From a virus (lineage: Duplodnaviria; Caudoviricetes), in the IMG/VR virus record IMGVR_UViG_3300008262_000001: DNA of 64,000 bases. One strand, given 5' to 3'. Positions 29,801 through 38,242 of the stretch are shown piece after piece. Made by a program: the position numbers and the translations under genes. The notes beneath the pieces are model-generated. The model made no database searches. It was not told the DNA's origin and worked only from the letters and a program-made list of their open reading frames with translations. Position 1 is the stretch's first letter. Each line of letters begins with the position of its first letter.

Positions 29801-32800
29801 AATTCTGTTAAATCATAAGCATAATTTTCTTCTGGAGCATTGTCATTTATTTTAACCAGAGGTTTGTCAGTGTTCTCAACACCTATCCATTTAACATCAT
29901 TGCTATCGATTTTGATGCAATTAGTTTGTACCGCTATTCCAGGAATAGGACTGTTAGTACTATTGTATGTTTCGAAATTGGCACCATCAAATCTGATTAA
30001 ATCCTCTCCCGTAACCCAAATATCCCCATCACCGTCCCAAGCAATTCCTGTTGGTTCAATTATAACTGGTGAATATGAAGGAATAGCCCAGAAGTTCGAT
30101 GTCACATTTCTTGGCCCTGGAGTTGTAGTGATATCAGGAGAAATGAGGTTTCCTTCAGGATCTTCTGGTAATTCAGAATATCCTCTTACCACATAATCAA
30201 ATCTTTGTATGTTTTCGTCTTCTGACAAATTCAATTGATTAGCAGCTTCGAAAAGATCTAGGTATGAATTTCCGGGCGAATCAGTCTCAGTAAAGACAAT
30301 ACCATTGGTTTGTTCAGAAACTCTTACTCTATCTCCATATTGCAGAGAATAGAGATCGAATCCGCCCAACCAGTCGTTGTGATAATCATACATGTCCCAA
30401 GTGTGGGCATATGCTTTTGCAAACTCGAAATCTTCGAAGGTGTCCCAGCAAAGTTTTTTCGTTCCCCAATATTTCATTTCTGCTTTCGGAAGTGCCCCGA
30501 AATCATATTCAACATACTCTTCAGTTTGATTAGAACCTCCAGAGAATGTTGTTGATAATGGAGATGCATGGATTGATCCAGAGACCTGCACTACTAAGCT
30601 CTTACCATTCCATAGTGATCCTGAGTCATTAGGAGCTTGTATAACGAATGTTTTATCACCTGAAGTGATTATTGAATCAGTTAAGCTAATGATCTTGTAT
30701 TTGGGCTGTAATACAGAATTATTAATGGCACTGTATATTACACTGGATGTTGATTCAATATCTCCTTGAAAATTACAATCAGCAATCTTAATTGAATCAG
30801 CAAATATTTTTATATTTCCTGGACCAAAAGCAGAGCCACCACTAATGGGAGTTATTACAATTTCTGGAATCTGGAAAGTTGTTGATGAAAGAACATTGAT
30901 TACAAACTGTCCATAGGGATCATCTGAAGAATCTAAAATCCAAACAGTGTCACCTGTTGTGTATCCATGAGCAGATGTTGTTGTAACAACTGCAAGGGAG
31001 TAACCTCCATCAACTAATGTGCTTTCGATTGTTGAAACAGCAACTGAATCCACTCCCATCTCAAAAGTTGTTGTGGCTTTAACTTCTGCTATTTTAGAAA
31101 GTACCTCACAACTTTGACCCTCATTGAAGTTATTTGAATATTCAGGGAAATTTTGGATAAAGTCAGAAATAAGACTTGTTTCGTCCGTGTTTTCAACAGG
31201 CCAGATCCATTGTGATGGATAACTTTCCCATTTCAAAGGCATATTTTCCCAATCGTACTTTTCAGATTGTCTAAACCTAGTTATGGTGTTCAATTCAATC
31301 TCTCTTTTTCCGACAGTGATTACGCTTCTTTTAATGCCTAACGAAATGGAATTTAAAGTGTCCCAAACTCTACACTTGACATTATAATCTCCAGTATAAG
31401 GAAGAAAGTGAACTATTGTTTCTAATTCAGGAAGACCCCCTCTAATTTGGAAATAATAAGGTCTATCATCTTCTTTGTAAATTGTCCACTCAATTTCATA
31501 AAAATCTAAGTAAGGTAACCTTGACCAAGAGTAAAATCCTCCCGAATTTACATAGTTTTGGAAGTAAGTAAAACTATAGGAAGAGAAAGTCAAATTGGTA
31601 GGACTAACATTCCAGCTCGAATAGCTTCCTGATCCTCTGGTGCTTATTACCTGAATAGTTATTAAACCAGTAGCGGTGTCATACCCACCAGGAATAACAT
31701 ATCCCAAACAAAGATTACCAGGGGAAGTATCAGATTCAACTCTAACAAACACATTATCTGAAGAAGCAGAAAACCAATCGTTTCCAGAACCGATATTAAG
31801 TAAAAGAGTTTGTGGAAAGGTATAGCTTAATTCAAAACTTGTGGCTGATGTTACTGTTTGAAAAGGAGTACCAGGATTGCTTTGAATGGTTCCAGTGTAA
31901 CTTGCTATGTCAAATAAATCTGTTGTGATAGTTGGATCTAAAGTTTCCCAAGTAGCACTTATTTCGTCCCAGGCCAGATCAAAAGTTGAATCAGTTATAA
32001 TCACTGGGCAACCAGCAGGCAAAACGTGTTCGGTACCAGACGAGAACAATTGATAACCTGGATAATCATAATCCCCGTCTCCTAAGAATTTAGGCATTGT
32101 TCCTTCTTCAACATCTTGATAGTAAGATTCTATCGCAGTTTTAAACGGTGCAATAGAAGGTACTGGATATTCTTGAAAAAATGAATAAGGATCTACTGTG
32201 TTACCATAATAGCTTATTCCTAGCTCAGTTCCATTGATATTAGGATAAAGAAGAGATTCCTGGTTGGGTTTTGTATAAAAAACTCTTAGGTCCTCGATGT
32301 ATCCCTTTTCTGGAAATACTGTGAAGTCTACCTTTATTCCAGATTTAATTTCACTTATTCCAAGTTGATCAACCCAACCCCTGGTTTTGTAAATGTTAAA
32401 ATAAACACCTTCACCTGTGATGTCTACTATTCTTGCATTGAGAGGTAAATAGTCTCTTTTCAAACGCTCTTTGAGACCGAAAAGTTTTATAAGAACTTCT
32501 TCAGGGCTAAATAAGAAAGCATCCTCAACAACAGGATACCCAAACTCGTCTTCGTCTACTGAATCATTAACTCTATTGATGTCATAAAAAAGTCCAAAAA
32601 GTGAAGTCTTTTTAAATGATTTGGACGGAAATAGTTGTTCATACTGTTTCTTGAGACCAAAAGACCCATCAGGTTTTTTTCCATAGATCTCAACTTGCTT
32701 GAATTTCCCCTCATTTTCGTCTTTCAATAAACTGCTTATGAGAGAAAGAGAATCTTGTCCTTGTAAGTTCTTTGTGGCTAACTGCTTTAAGATTTGTGAA

Positions 32801-33651
32801 TTCTGCTGTAAAGGAGTAAGTACTGAAGCAGAATCTTTCTTAATATTTAGCCAATATTCTTTAATTCTAAGATCATAGTATCCAAAGAACTTAATAGCAT
32901 TAAATAAGGATTTATATGAGCCAAGGTAAGGAAATATACTTTCTCCTGTTAAAAGAAGTTCCTTTCTTTTTTCGTTTATAATTTTAAAATCAGGAAGAGG
33001 TTCTTTAATGTCAGTTTCTCTAACAATAAAAGAATCTTCAGCAATAAAAGACCTTCCAAAATTGTCAAGTAGAACACCTAATCTTGAATCCTCTCCCTCA
33101 ACTTCTCCGTGAAAATTCACTCTAAGAATTGTAACAGGATTATCAGGATCTGTATAGTCTTCTAAAATTAATACTCTATCATATACACCCTCATTATCAG
33201 AATTGAGAGCAATATTGATCTGCATTGAAGAAGAAGTGATTTCGGATGTAACCACTAGTCCTGAAGGAGATGATATCACATCACCAGGAACAACTTCAGG
33301 GAAAAACTCTACATTATCTGCTTCAACTAAAATTGGTGCATCTAAGTTTCCGTCTACACCTAATTCATAAGTGTAGATAATAGAAGAAACATCAACCTTT
33401 CCATCATAATCTGATTCCCATTTAGTTCTCCAAACAGGAGTTCCTGGGCTAACACCATAGCTGTGAGGAAATCCATATTTTGTCTCAGAAAGATTATCCA
33501 GGAATTTTTCGATAACAAAAATGTGTTCGATTTCAAAAAGCTTTTCTGAAACCAAGGGGAATAATACAGATCCTTCCCAATAATCTCCATTCCATTCGAA
33601 ATTATATTGCTCTCCCTGTTTATCGAAAAATAATAGATTCTGATTAACCAT
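26881..33651 (-). CDS. Giant baseplate wedge (gp7/P2 gpI-like) protein with beta-propeller and PKD-like domains (2256 aa)
   Basis: IFPYLGSYKSLFNAIKFFGY wedge-type motif; NSTNSPIP / SGIPSNDVYSIELD...KWIGT propeller repeats; NVYITGSF...SDIYLTKF SBBP-type repeats; downstream of gp25/gp6. Confidence 0.65.
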   Translation of the reverse strand: MVNQNLLFFDKQGEQYNFEWNGDYWEGSVLFPLVSEKLFEIEHIFVIEKFLDNLSETKYGFPHSYGVSPGTPVWRTKWESDYDGKVDVSSIIYTYELGVDGNLDAPILVEADNVEFFPEVVPGDVISSPSGLVVTSEITSSSMQINIALNSDNEGVYDRVLILEDYTDPDNPVTILRVNFHGEVEGEDSRLGVLLDNFGRSFIAEDSFIVRETDIKEPLPDFKIINEKRKELLLTGESIFPYLGSYKSLFNAIKFFGYYDLRIKEYWLNIKKDSASVLTPLQQNSQILKQLATKNLQGQDSLSLISSLLKDENEGKFKQVEIYGKKPDGSFGLKKQYEQLFPSKSFKKTSLFGLFYDINRVNDSVDEDEFGYPVVEDAFLFSPEEVLIKLFGLKERLKRDYLPLNARIVDITGEGVYFNIYKTRGWVDQLGISEIKSGIKVDFTVFPEKGYIEDLRVFYTKPNQESLLYPNINGTELGISYYGNTVDPYSFFQEYPVPSIAPFKTAIESYYQDVEEGTMPKFLGDGDYDYPGYQLFSSGTEHVLPAGCPVIITDSTFDLAWDEISATWETLDPTITTDLFDIASYTGTIQSNPGTPFQTVTSATSFELSYTFPQTLLLNIGSGNDWFSASSDNVFVRVESDTSPGNLCLGYVIPGGYDTATGLITIQVISTRGSGSYSSWNVSPTNLTFSSYSFTYFQNYVNSGGFYSWSRLPYLDFYEIEWTIYKEDDRPYYFQIRGGLPELETIVHFLPYTGDYNVKCRVWDTLNSISLGIKRSVITVGKREIELNTITRFRQSEKYDWENMPLKWESYPSQWIWPVENTDETSLISDFIQNFPEYSNNFNEGQSCEVLSKIAEVKATTTFEMGVDSVAVSTIESTLVDGGYSLAVVTTTSAHGYTTGDTVWILDSSDDPYGQFVINVLSSTTFQIPEIVITPISGGSAFGPGNIKIFADSIKIADCNFQGDIESTSSVIYSAINNSVLQPKYKIISLTDSIITSGDKTFVIQAPNDSGSLWNGKSLVVQVSGSIHASPLSTTFSGGSNQTEEYVEYDFGALPKAEMKYWGTKKLCWDTFEDFEFAKAYAHTWDMYDYHNDWLGGFDLYSLQYGDRVRVSEQTNGIVFTETDSPGNSYLDLFEAANQLNLSEDENIQRFDYVVRGYSELPEDPEGNLISPDITTTPGPRNVTSNFWAIPSYSPVIIEPTGIAWDGDGDIWVTGEDLIRFDGANFETYNSTNSPIPGIAVQTNCIKIDSNDVKWIGVENTDKPLVKINDNAPEENYAYDLTEFIDNQGNMVCPDANSSIKVIEINPQSGDIFAAFISNTSPSYNGLLYYDGFGKSWKLFTPSNSDLGDDIIRDLRLEYYSFTKWYLWIATENAGLIRFDGVNFRNFNTSSSGIPSNDVYSIELDSLNHKWIGTDNGLAYWDEERWAVWNNSTNPEISVGNFTNIVETGNGNIWFAIETAPSSSELYFFDGYFFTQVLYRNDGSTPIDPCPNVYGKSALSAPWKTIKNGETTFPRNLIFTTLAGEIGKLDYIIPHIHATSKFSGTNGWDFVYHETSTPLPKIKYVYNSAIGNNQIGFNFLVGPFYDNITLDSNIVRPEIPSVDRYSWYKPTWQRYSLESLKNQFPSLNLNDTFLYAPLRDIISGKATKESYWRNAQIERILQKKSNDLFQNFEWVVTLGSNFNDQGVKLTVDSEGFIIGIGDFRGTITLGEKSNISTVTLTESSQSVYVTKYNKVGVLQWAISLNSPGNLITSRSVTTDAYNNLYVVYEDQLSSTLELVKISPDGVQLNSLTISVPSTRFIFDVKTDKYENVYICGSFRGTVNFGPFTLTATNSNGFIAKLDFNFDYVWVKQIESSSISRVFEIAVLNEEYVYCSGIFSGIIDLGGIELTNVGSTDMFLAKFDAGSGTCLWAESLAATPTTSISTNSITLDPNGHLLVTGAFTGTLELEGQSISSFSSSSDIFVIKLLSTGKLIWMKMCGGASGDFAFDIESDSQENVYITGSFTTTAYFSPDTVVSRGGSDIYLTKFNKDGLLIDIVTAGGVNSDSGADLILDDEENVYITGLFRGNADFSPYLATPPGTLNDAFIGKIPKERFDPGLSIGSVQSWLGSHSWSWKEERFYQEEFEIPLASTIFINPIDSLIPGKKNHTWVLTDTDTGEEIVKVRRTPYFIWTFTTPGFYSISCQLQDANGNTYETQHKGKVRVIDHKEAFAGDLIPEVVNPDDYLIRTIYDNRKTLGFPPLSKFDLEQESQELEV

Positions 33652-33652
33652 C

Positions 33653-33901
33653 TTACCTTACATACTTATTGTTTTTAGGAACTGTATAATTTATATAGTT
33701 CTTAATATATTTCGTAGATTCAAATAGTTGATGTACTACCCTTTCAATACTGCTTAGTATCAACATTCTGGACTCATCTCCTTGTAGAATTTGATTGGAT
33801 AATGTTTTCTCAAAAATCTTACCCTCATAATCAAATCCAACATTGGATCTAATCTCGTTTTGAGATCTTATAAACTCATACCAGCTGGGTTTGTTTGTCA
33901 T
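33653..33901 (-). CDS. Small baseplate-region hypothetical protein
   Basis: 82-aa ORF tightly packed between the gp6-like and gp7-like genes. Confidence 0.6.
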   Translation of the reverse strand: MTNKPSWYEFIRSQNEIRSNVGFDYEGKIFEKTLSNQILQGDESRMLILSSIERVVHQLFESTKYIKNYINYTVPKNNKYVR

Positions 33902-33903
33902 AG

Positions 33904-35601
33904 TTAGTTAGTTGTTTTTAAAGAGTTTTTAAGTATTGTATTAACTTTAGTGTTGTATGTCACAGGAACTATAGATCTAACATCTACATTGACAGAAGAT
34001 AAAGTTTGCATACTAGCTCCATAATCGTAATAAATACCATTTCTGTCATCCCATCCTCCAGAGATAACCACTATTTCATCTTTACCTATCACAATATCAC
34101 CAAATTCATCGAAACCTATATCAGGTGCATTTGGATTACCTGCTTTTGCTGCTTCATTTCTTTGTCCAACAAAATATAAAGATACTGAGTCTATTCCCTC
34201 TATGCCTTCTATAGCTGCAACAAGGTCAGATCTTGGTATTTTATCTCTTCTTCTTATGTTCAAGAAATAATCACTCAAAACGTTGGTGATTTCTGTCTTG
34301 ATTGTATCTGGATCGTTTCCTTCGAAGATCGTGATTGCAATGTTTACCACGTATTTAATAATTACTGGATCTAAAATCTTAGCTACTGTGGTAACTATTT
34401 TTTGTCCACTTTCATCAAGCAACTGATAGATTCGATCAATTTGTGGTTTTGTTAATTTGAATCTAGTCAATGGAATATCAAAATACGTCTCGTTGCTTTT
34501 GAGTGTTAATTGGATATCTGGTACTAAAATCAAATAGATTATATTGTCATCGTCGATATATTGGTCATTGAAAGTTGTAAATGCTTCAATGATTGAAAAC
34601 TGACCAAACTTTTCAAAGAAAGTAATATAGTTGGTTGGATTGGCAAGAACAAAGCTTCTAGAAGTTTTTGGAGCAATGAGTCTTGTTAAATCTACTGATT
34701 CCTGGTTAGCTCCTAATTGTGGAGCAATCGTGCAAGTTACTCCTAAGAAATCTTGAAGAGTAATTGTTCTTCCGAAAAGATCTGTACCATCGGAGTCAAA
34801 TCTGAAAATGACCTTTGAAGAATCCTCAACAAGGATATTTCCAAATGCACCTGTGGATTCTAAATAATCAACCTCAATAATAGCACCAGCAGGTGGAGGA
34901 AACCCAAAATCTACAGTTCCAAAGAAAATATCTATTCCTGAGATCAAAGAACTCTTTACTAAATAGCCTTTGGCATTTCTTGGAATGTCATATAAGGAAT
35001 CATACTTTTTCCATTCTTCCCCATTCACTCTAACAGCAACCTCAAAATTTTCTATACTTGAAGTACCACGGGAAGAAATGTTGTAACTTTGTAAACGTGT
35101 TCCATCAGCAGTATACTGGTTCGTATTAAGTGTTCCTTCCACCATAGAACAAATAATTTTCGAAGTTGCATCTAAGTTTAATCTTAGGTATTCCTGATTC
35201 AATTTGATGAGATAAGTTTTTCCGTTATTTACACATCTAATCTGGGAGTTATTCGGGAGCAGAATTGCTCCACCTCCTATTTGTTCAAATCCTTTTCCGT
35301 TCCATGTGATAACCACTTCACCCTTTGCAGAAATTGCTCTAGTTGGGTTGTGTCCAGCTAAAGTTGCAAGGCCATAAATTGAAGATTCTCTTGTTGCCTG
35401 ATTGATATTTAATTCAGTAATCGAATCCTCTATAAAAAACAGAATAAGCTGGCTAAGGTTTTCTAAAACGAAAATAATCTGTCCCCAAACTGAAGCAACA
35501 GTAAATAGCTGCTCAGACATTGAATATCTAGCTTGAATAAGGTCGAAGGTTTGACTTAATAAATCACCTATCTTCGCTCTATTTTTCTGTAATAAATCCA
35601 T
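33904..35601 (-). CDS. gp6: Baseplate wedge subunit, T4 gp6-like
   Basis: RESSIYGLATLAGHNPTRAISA motif, V-x-VNGEEW, baseplate-J-like C-terminus; follows gp25. Confidence 0.85.
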   Translation of the reverse strand: MDLLQKNRAKIGDLLSQTFDLIQARYSMSEQLFTVASVWGQIIFVLENLSQLILFFIEDSITELNINQATRESSIYGLATLAGHNPTRAISAKGEVVITWNGKGFEQIGGGAILLPNNSQIRCVNNGKTYLIKLNQEYLRLNLDATSKIICSMVEGTLNTNQYTADGTRLQSYNISSRGTSSIENFEVAVRVNGEEWKKYDSLYDIPRNAKGYLVKSSLISGIDIFFGTVDFGFPPPAGAIIEVDYLESTGAFGNILVEDSSKVIFRFDSDGTDLFGRTITLQDFLGVTCTIAPQLGANQESVDLTRLIAPKTSRSFVLANPTNYITFFEKFGQFSIIEAFTTFNDQYIDDDNIIYLILVPDIQLTLKSNETYFDIPLTRFKLTKPQIDRIYQLLDESGQKIVTTVAKILDPVIIKYVVNIAITIFEGNDPDTIKTEITNVLSDYFLNIRRRDKIPRSDLVAAIEGIEGIDSVSLYFVGQRNEAAKAGNPNAPDIGFDEFGDIVIGKDEIVVISGGWDDRNGIYYDYGASMQTLSSVNVDVRSIVPVTYNTKVNTILKNSLKTTN

Positions 35602-35602
35602 C

Positions 35603-35974
35603 TTAAATTATTTTAATTCCAAGTATTGGGTTGCCTTTTATTGCAAAATCAATCACACATGAGTCTCTGGTGTCTCCCTTAAAGAAACCCACAGTGAAAT
35701 CAACGTCATAGATTGAACCTGCTAAAGGAACATAGGTCATTAAATGTATTCTGATTGCCCTTTCTAAAGTTGCTTGGTCCACACCAAACTCGAAAAGTAA
35801 ACCTTCTAGATCTATCCCAAAATAAGGATCTCCAAGAACCTCTCCTGGAGTAGTCATCATGCACTGTTTAATCATACCAATTAGAATCTCAACAGAGTCA
35901 TCAGTATGGAGTTGTCCAGATTTATAATTAGGATCATCAGGATTTCTAGGATAAATTTCTGAGTACCTTGCCAT
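35603..35974 (-). CDS. gp25: Baseplate wedge subunit, T4 gp25-like
   Basis: IKQCMMTTPGEVLGDPYFGIDLEGLLFE matches the gp25 family motif. Confidence 0.88.
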   Translation of the reverse strand: MARYSEIYPRNPDDPNYKSGQLHTDDSVEILIGMIKQCMMTTPGEVLGDPYFGIDLEGLLFEFGVDQATLERAIRIHLMTYVPLAGSIYDVDFTVGFFKGDTRDSCVIDFAIKGNPILGIKII

Positions 35975-35981
35975 GTTGTTC

Positions 35982-35989
35982 TATATATC
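35982..35989 (-). promoter_or_regulatory. GATATATA motif
   Basis: 7 nt upstream of gp25 ATG 35974. Confidence 0.6.
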
Positions 35990-36008
35990 AGAACTAATTA
36001 AACCAACA

Positions 36009-36368
36009 TTAATTGACATCGGCACCAACTATAAGAATTTTTTTGATTAATTGATCTTTCTTTGTCGCACTCCAGAAATCATAATTATAATTTTCCCAGC
36101 CTGGAAGCTTACTCTTCATACTAAAAATTGTGGCTTTATTCCAGTAAACATTCAGTAAATTTTTATCATTTTTCATCCAGTAATCTCCCTCGGATAGGTT
36201 AAGGACTGAAAGATTTCTAATTTCTAAATTCAAATAGAGCATTTCGGGAAAGGTTAAAAATCTTGCAGAATTTCCAAATTCTCTAATTTTTTTCTCGCTT
36301 TCTTCTAGGTTTAAGAAAAAGTACTCTGGAAATATTTCAAAGCCTCCTAAATTCAGAAAATTACTCAT
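36009..36368 (-). CDS. Hypothetical protein
   Basis: 119-aa ORF with its own upstream AATATATA motif 4 nt before ATG. Confidence 0.55.
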   Translation of the reverse strand: MSNFLNLGGFEIFPEYFFLNLEESEKKIREFGNSARFLTFPEMLYLNLEIRNLSVLNLSEGDYWMKNDKNLLNVYWNKATIFSMKSKLPGWENYNYDFWSATKKDQLIKKILIVGADVN

Positions 36369-36372
36369 TCAT

Positions 36373-36380
36373 TATATATT
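36373..36380 (-). promoter_or_regulatory. AATATATA motif
   Basis: 4 nt upstream of ATG 36368. Confidence 0.55.
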
Positions 36381-36441
36381 CAAAAAATGAAATGGCTATT
36401 TTTATTATATCTCTAGATAAGGAAAATTAATTTCAATATCT

Positions 36442-36449
36442 AATATATA
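36442..36449 (+). promoter_or_regulatory. AATATATA motif
   Basis: 18 nt upstream of endonuclease ATG 36468. Confidence 0.45.
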
Positions 36450-36467
36450 AAGAAAATACACCAAGAT

Positions 36468-37442
36468 ATGGGCATACACAATTTTATAGAGGAAACTAAA
36501 AAAAGAGATTTTAAAGGGCAAGCTTTTGGACAAGTAATATCAATTATTAAAAGGGATCCAAATTTATTAGAAGAAACAATAAAGGAAACGGAATTTTTGG
36601 ATCAAGTATATCAGGATATAAGTTTATCACAAAGATTCTATCATTTGTGGTTTAACATAATGGACATCGAAAAATGCCCATATTGTGATGAACACAAAAA
36701 ATTCTCATTTACTAATAAATTTTCAATAAACCAATATAACAAAAGAGACGCTAATTATTGTGGAACTTGCTGTAAAGATCAATGTAATAAAAAATATAAT
36801 TTGGATAAAGGGAGAGAAAAATTAATTGAAAAATACGGGACTAAAAATGTATGGGAAATAGAAGGATATAGAGAAAAATTCGAGAAAAATAATATAGAAA
36901 AATATGGGGCAAAATATTACACATCAACGGAAGAATTTAAGTTTAAAACTCAGAAAACATTCGAAAAGAAATACGGGGTGCACCCAACAAAATTAGAATC
37001 AACTCAGGATAAAATTAAAAAAACAAATGTAGAAAAATATGGGTATTCTCATAGACTAAAAGATCCAATAAAATATGAGGAATATTCTAGGAAATCGTTT
37101 CAATACAAAGATTATATCTTTCAGTCAGGAAAGAAAGTAAGGATACAAGGATATGAGAATTTAGCTATAGATCTATTATTAAAAATACACGATGAAGCAA
37201 ATATAATAATAGAGGATTCTGAGATTGCTCAAGAAACTGGAAAAATAGAGTATAGTAAAGATAGAATCTATTTTCCTGACATCTTTATAAAAACGGAAAA
37301 TAAGATTATAGAGGTAAAATCTGAATATACCTATGAATGTAATTTAACAGAAAATCTAGAAAAAAAGGATGCTGTATTAGCAAAAAAAATCAATTTTGAA
37401 TTCTGGATCTTCGACGCTAAAGGGAATTTGAGAATTATATAA
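36468..37442 (+). mobile_element. Free-standing PD-(D/E)XK (homing-type) endonuclease with KxxxEKYG repeats
   Basis: YFPDIFIKTENKIIEVKS nuclease motif, Cys pairs (CPYC, CGTCC), repeated EKYG units; opposite orientation and A-rich composition. Confidence 0.7.
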
Positions 37443-37461
37443 CTGATCCGTTATTACCCTT

Positions 37462-38241
37462 TTAATTCCATTGCAGGAACCAAGAACTTGTGTTCTCGTC
37501 TCTAATCATGTTAAGAATTTCTGTTTTTTCAGTTGTTCCTAGCGACTGGATATTGTTGTAATTAACTCTAACACCTCCTGGGAGATTGTATTCGAATGTT
37601 CCCAATAATCTACCAATGTTGATCTTTGCTTCTGCTAAGACATATCTTACAAAAAGCTCATCATCATAAAGACTTTCTTCAGGAATAGCTATGTAAGCTC
37701 TAACCCCTACATCAATACCAGTATAAAGAACTTGGGTTGTTCCTGCTTCAGTTGTGTTAGTTCTAGCAGGATCTCTACCATTAATAGTAAGTTTCTTTGT
37801 GTTTTTATTAAAATTAAAAGCAAAGCTTTCTAAAAGATATGCTTTTGCAAGGTCAAAGAAAGAATATAAAACAGTTCTATAAACAAGGTTGTCTCCAACA
37901 AATGGAGAAAGCATCAATTCTGACCCTAATAATTTGGAATCACCGAAATCCTTATCCGGTGTTCCTATAAGTCCAGATCCGTTAACTTCTCTTACGTCGT
38001 AGACTGAAACCACACAAGAAGGAAGTTGTATTTGTCTTGTTGCTCTAAATGCTGGTGCAGAAAATAATTCCCTACCAAGGACGAATATTCTATCTTCAAC
38101 AGCATATTGATAGTTGTCGTAAAAATAAGCTCTTGCCCTTTTAATGATCCTTTTGATCTCTTGATCATTTAGGTTGTAAGGCAGAGAACAAGAATGAGAA
38201 ATCTCATCTTTAACCTCTTGAATTAGATCCTGTTCAGTCAT
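37462..38241 (-). CDS. gp13: Neck protein, T4 gp13-like
   Basis: RYVLAEAKINIGRLLGTFEYNLPGGVRVNY motif and YFYDNY; likely start ATG 38241 directly after the upstream stop (track start 38292). Confidence 0.8.
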   Translation of the reverse strand: MTEQDLIQEVKDEISHSCSLPYNLNDQEIKRIIKRARAYFYDNYQYAVEDRIFVLGRELFSAPAFRATRQIQLPSCVVSVYDVREVNGSGLIGTPDKDFGDSKLLGSELMLSPFVGDNLVYRTVLYSFFDLAKAYLLESFAFNFNKNTKKLTINGRDPARTNTTEAGTTQVLYTGIDVGVRAYIAIPEESLYDDELFVRYVLAEAKINIGRLLGTFEYNLPGGVRVNYNNIQSLGTTEKTEILNMIRDENTSSWFLQWN

Positions 38242-38242
38242 G

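Noticed and set aside
10063-33651. Diversity-generating retroelement targeting fibres
   Set aside because: No reverse transcriptase in the window and no near-identical template/variable repeat pair with adenine-specific differences was noticed.
36468-37442. Giant eukaryotic virus (NCLDV) origin suggested by the EKYG endonuclease and glyco genes
   Set aside because: Core genes are T4-like tailed-phage genes (gp32, UvsW/Y, gp61, gp6, gp25, gp13, gp5, gp53) with bacterial-type coupling and a terminator.
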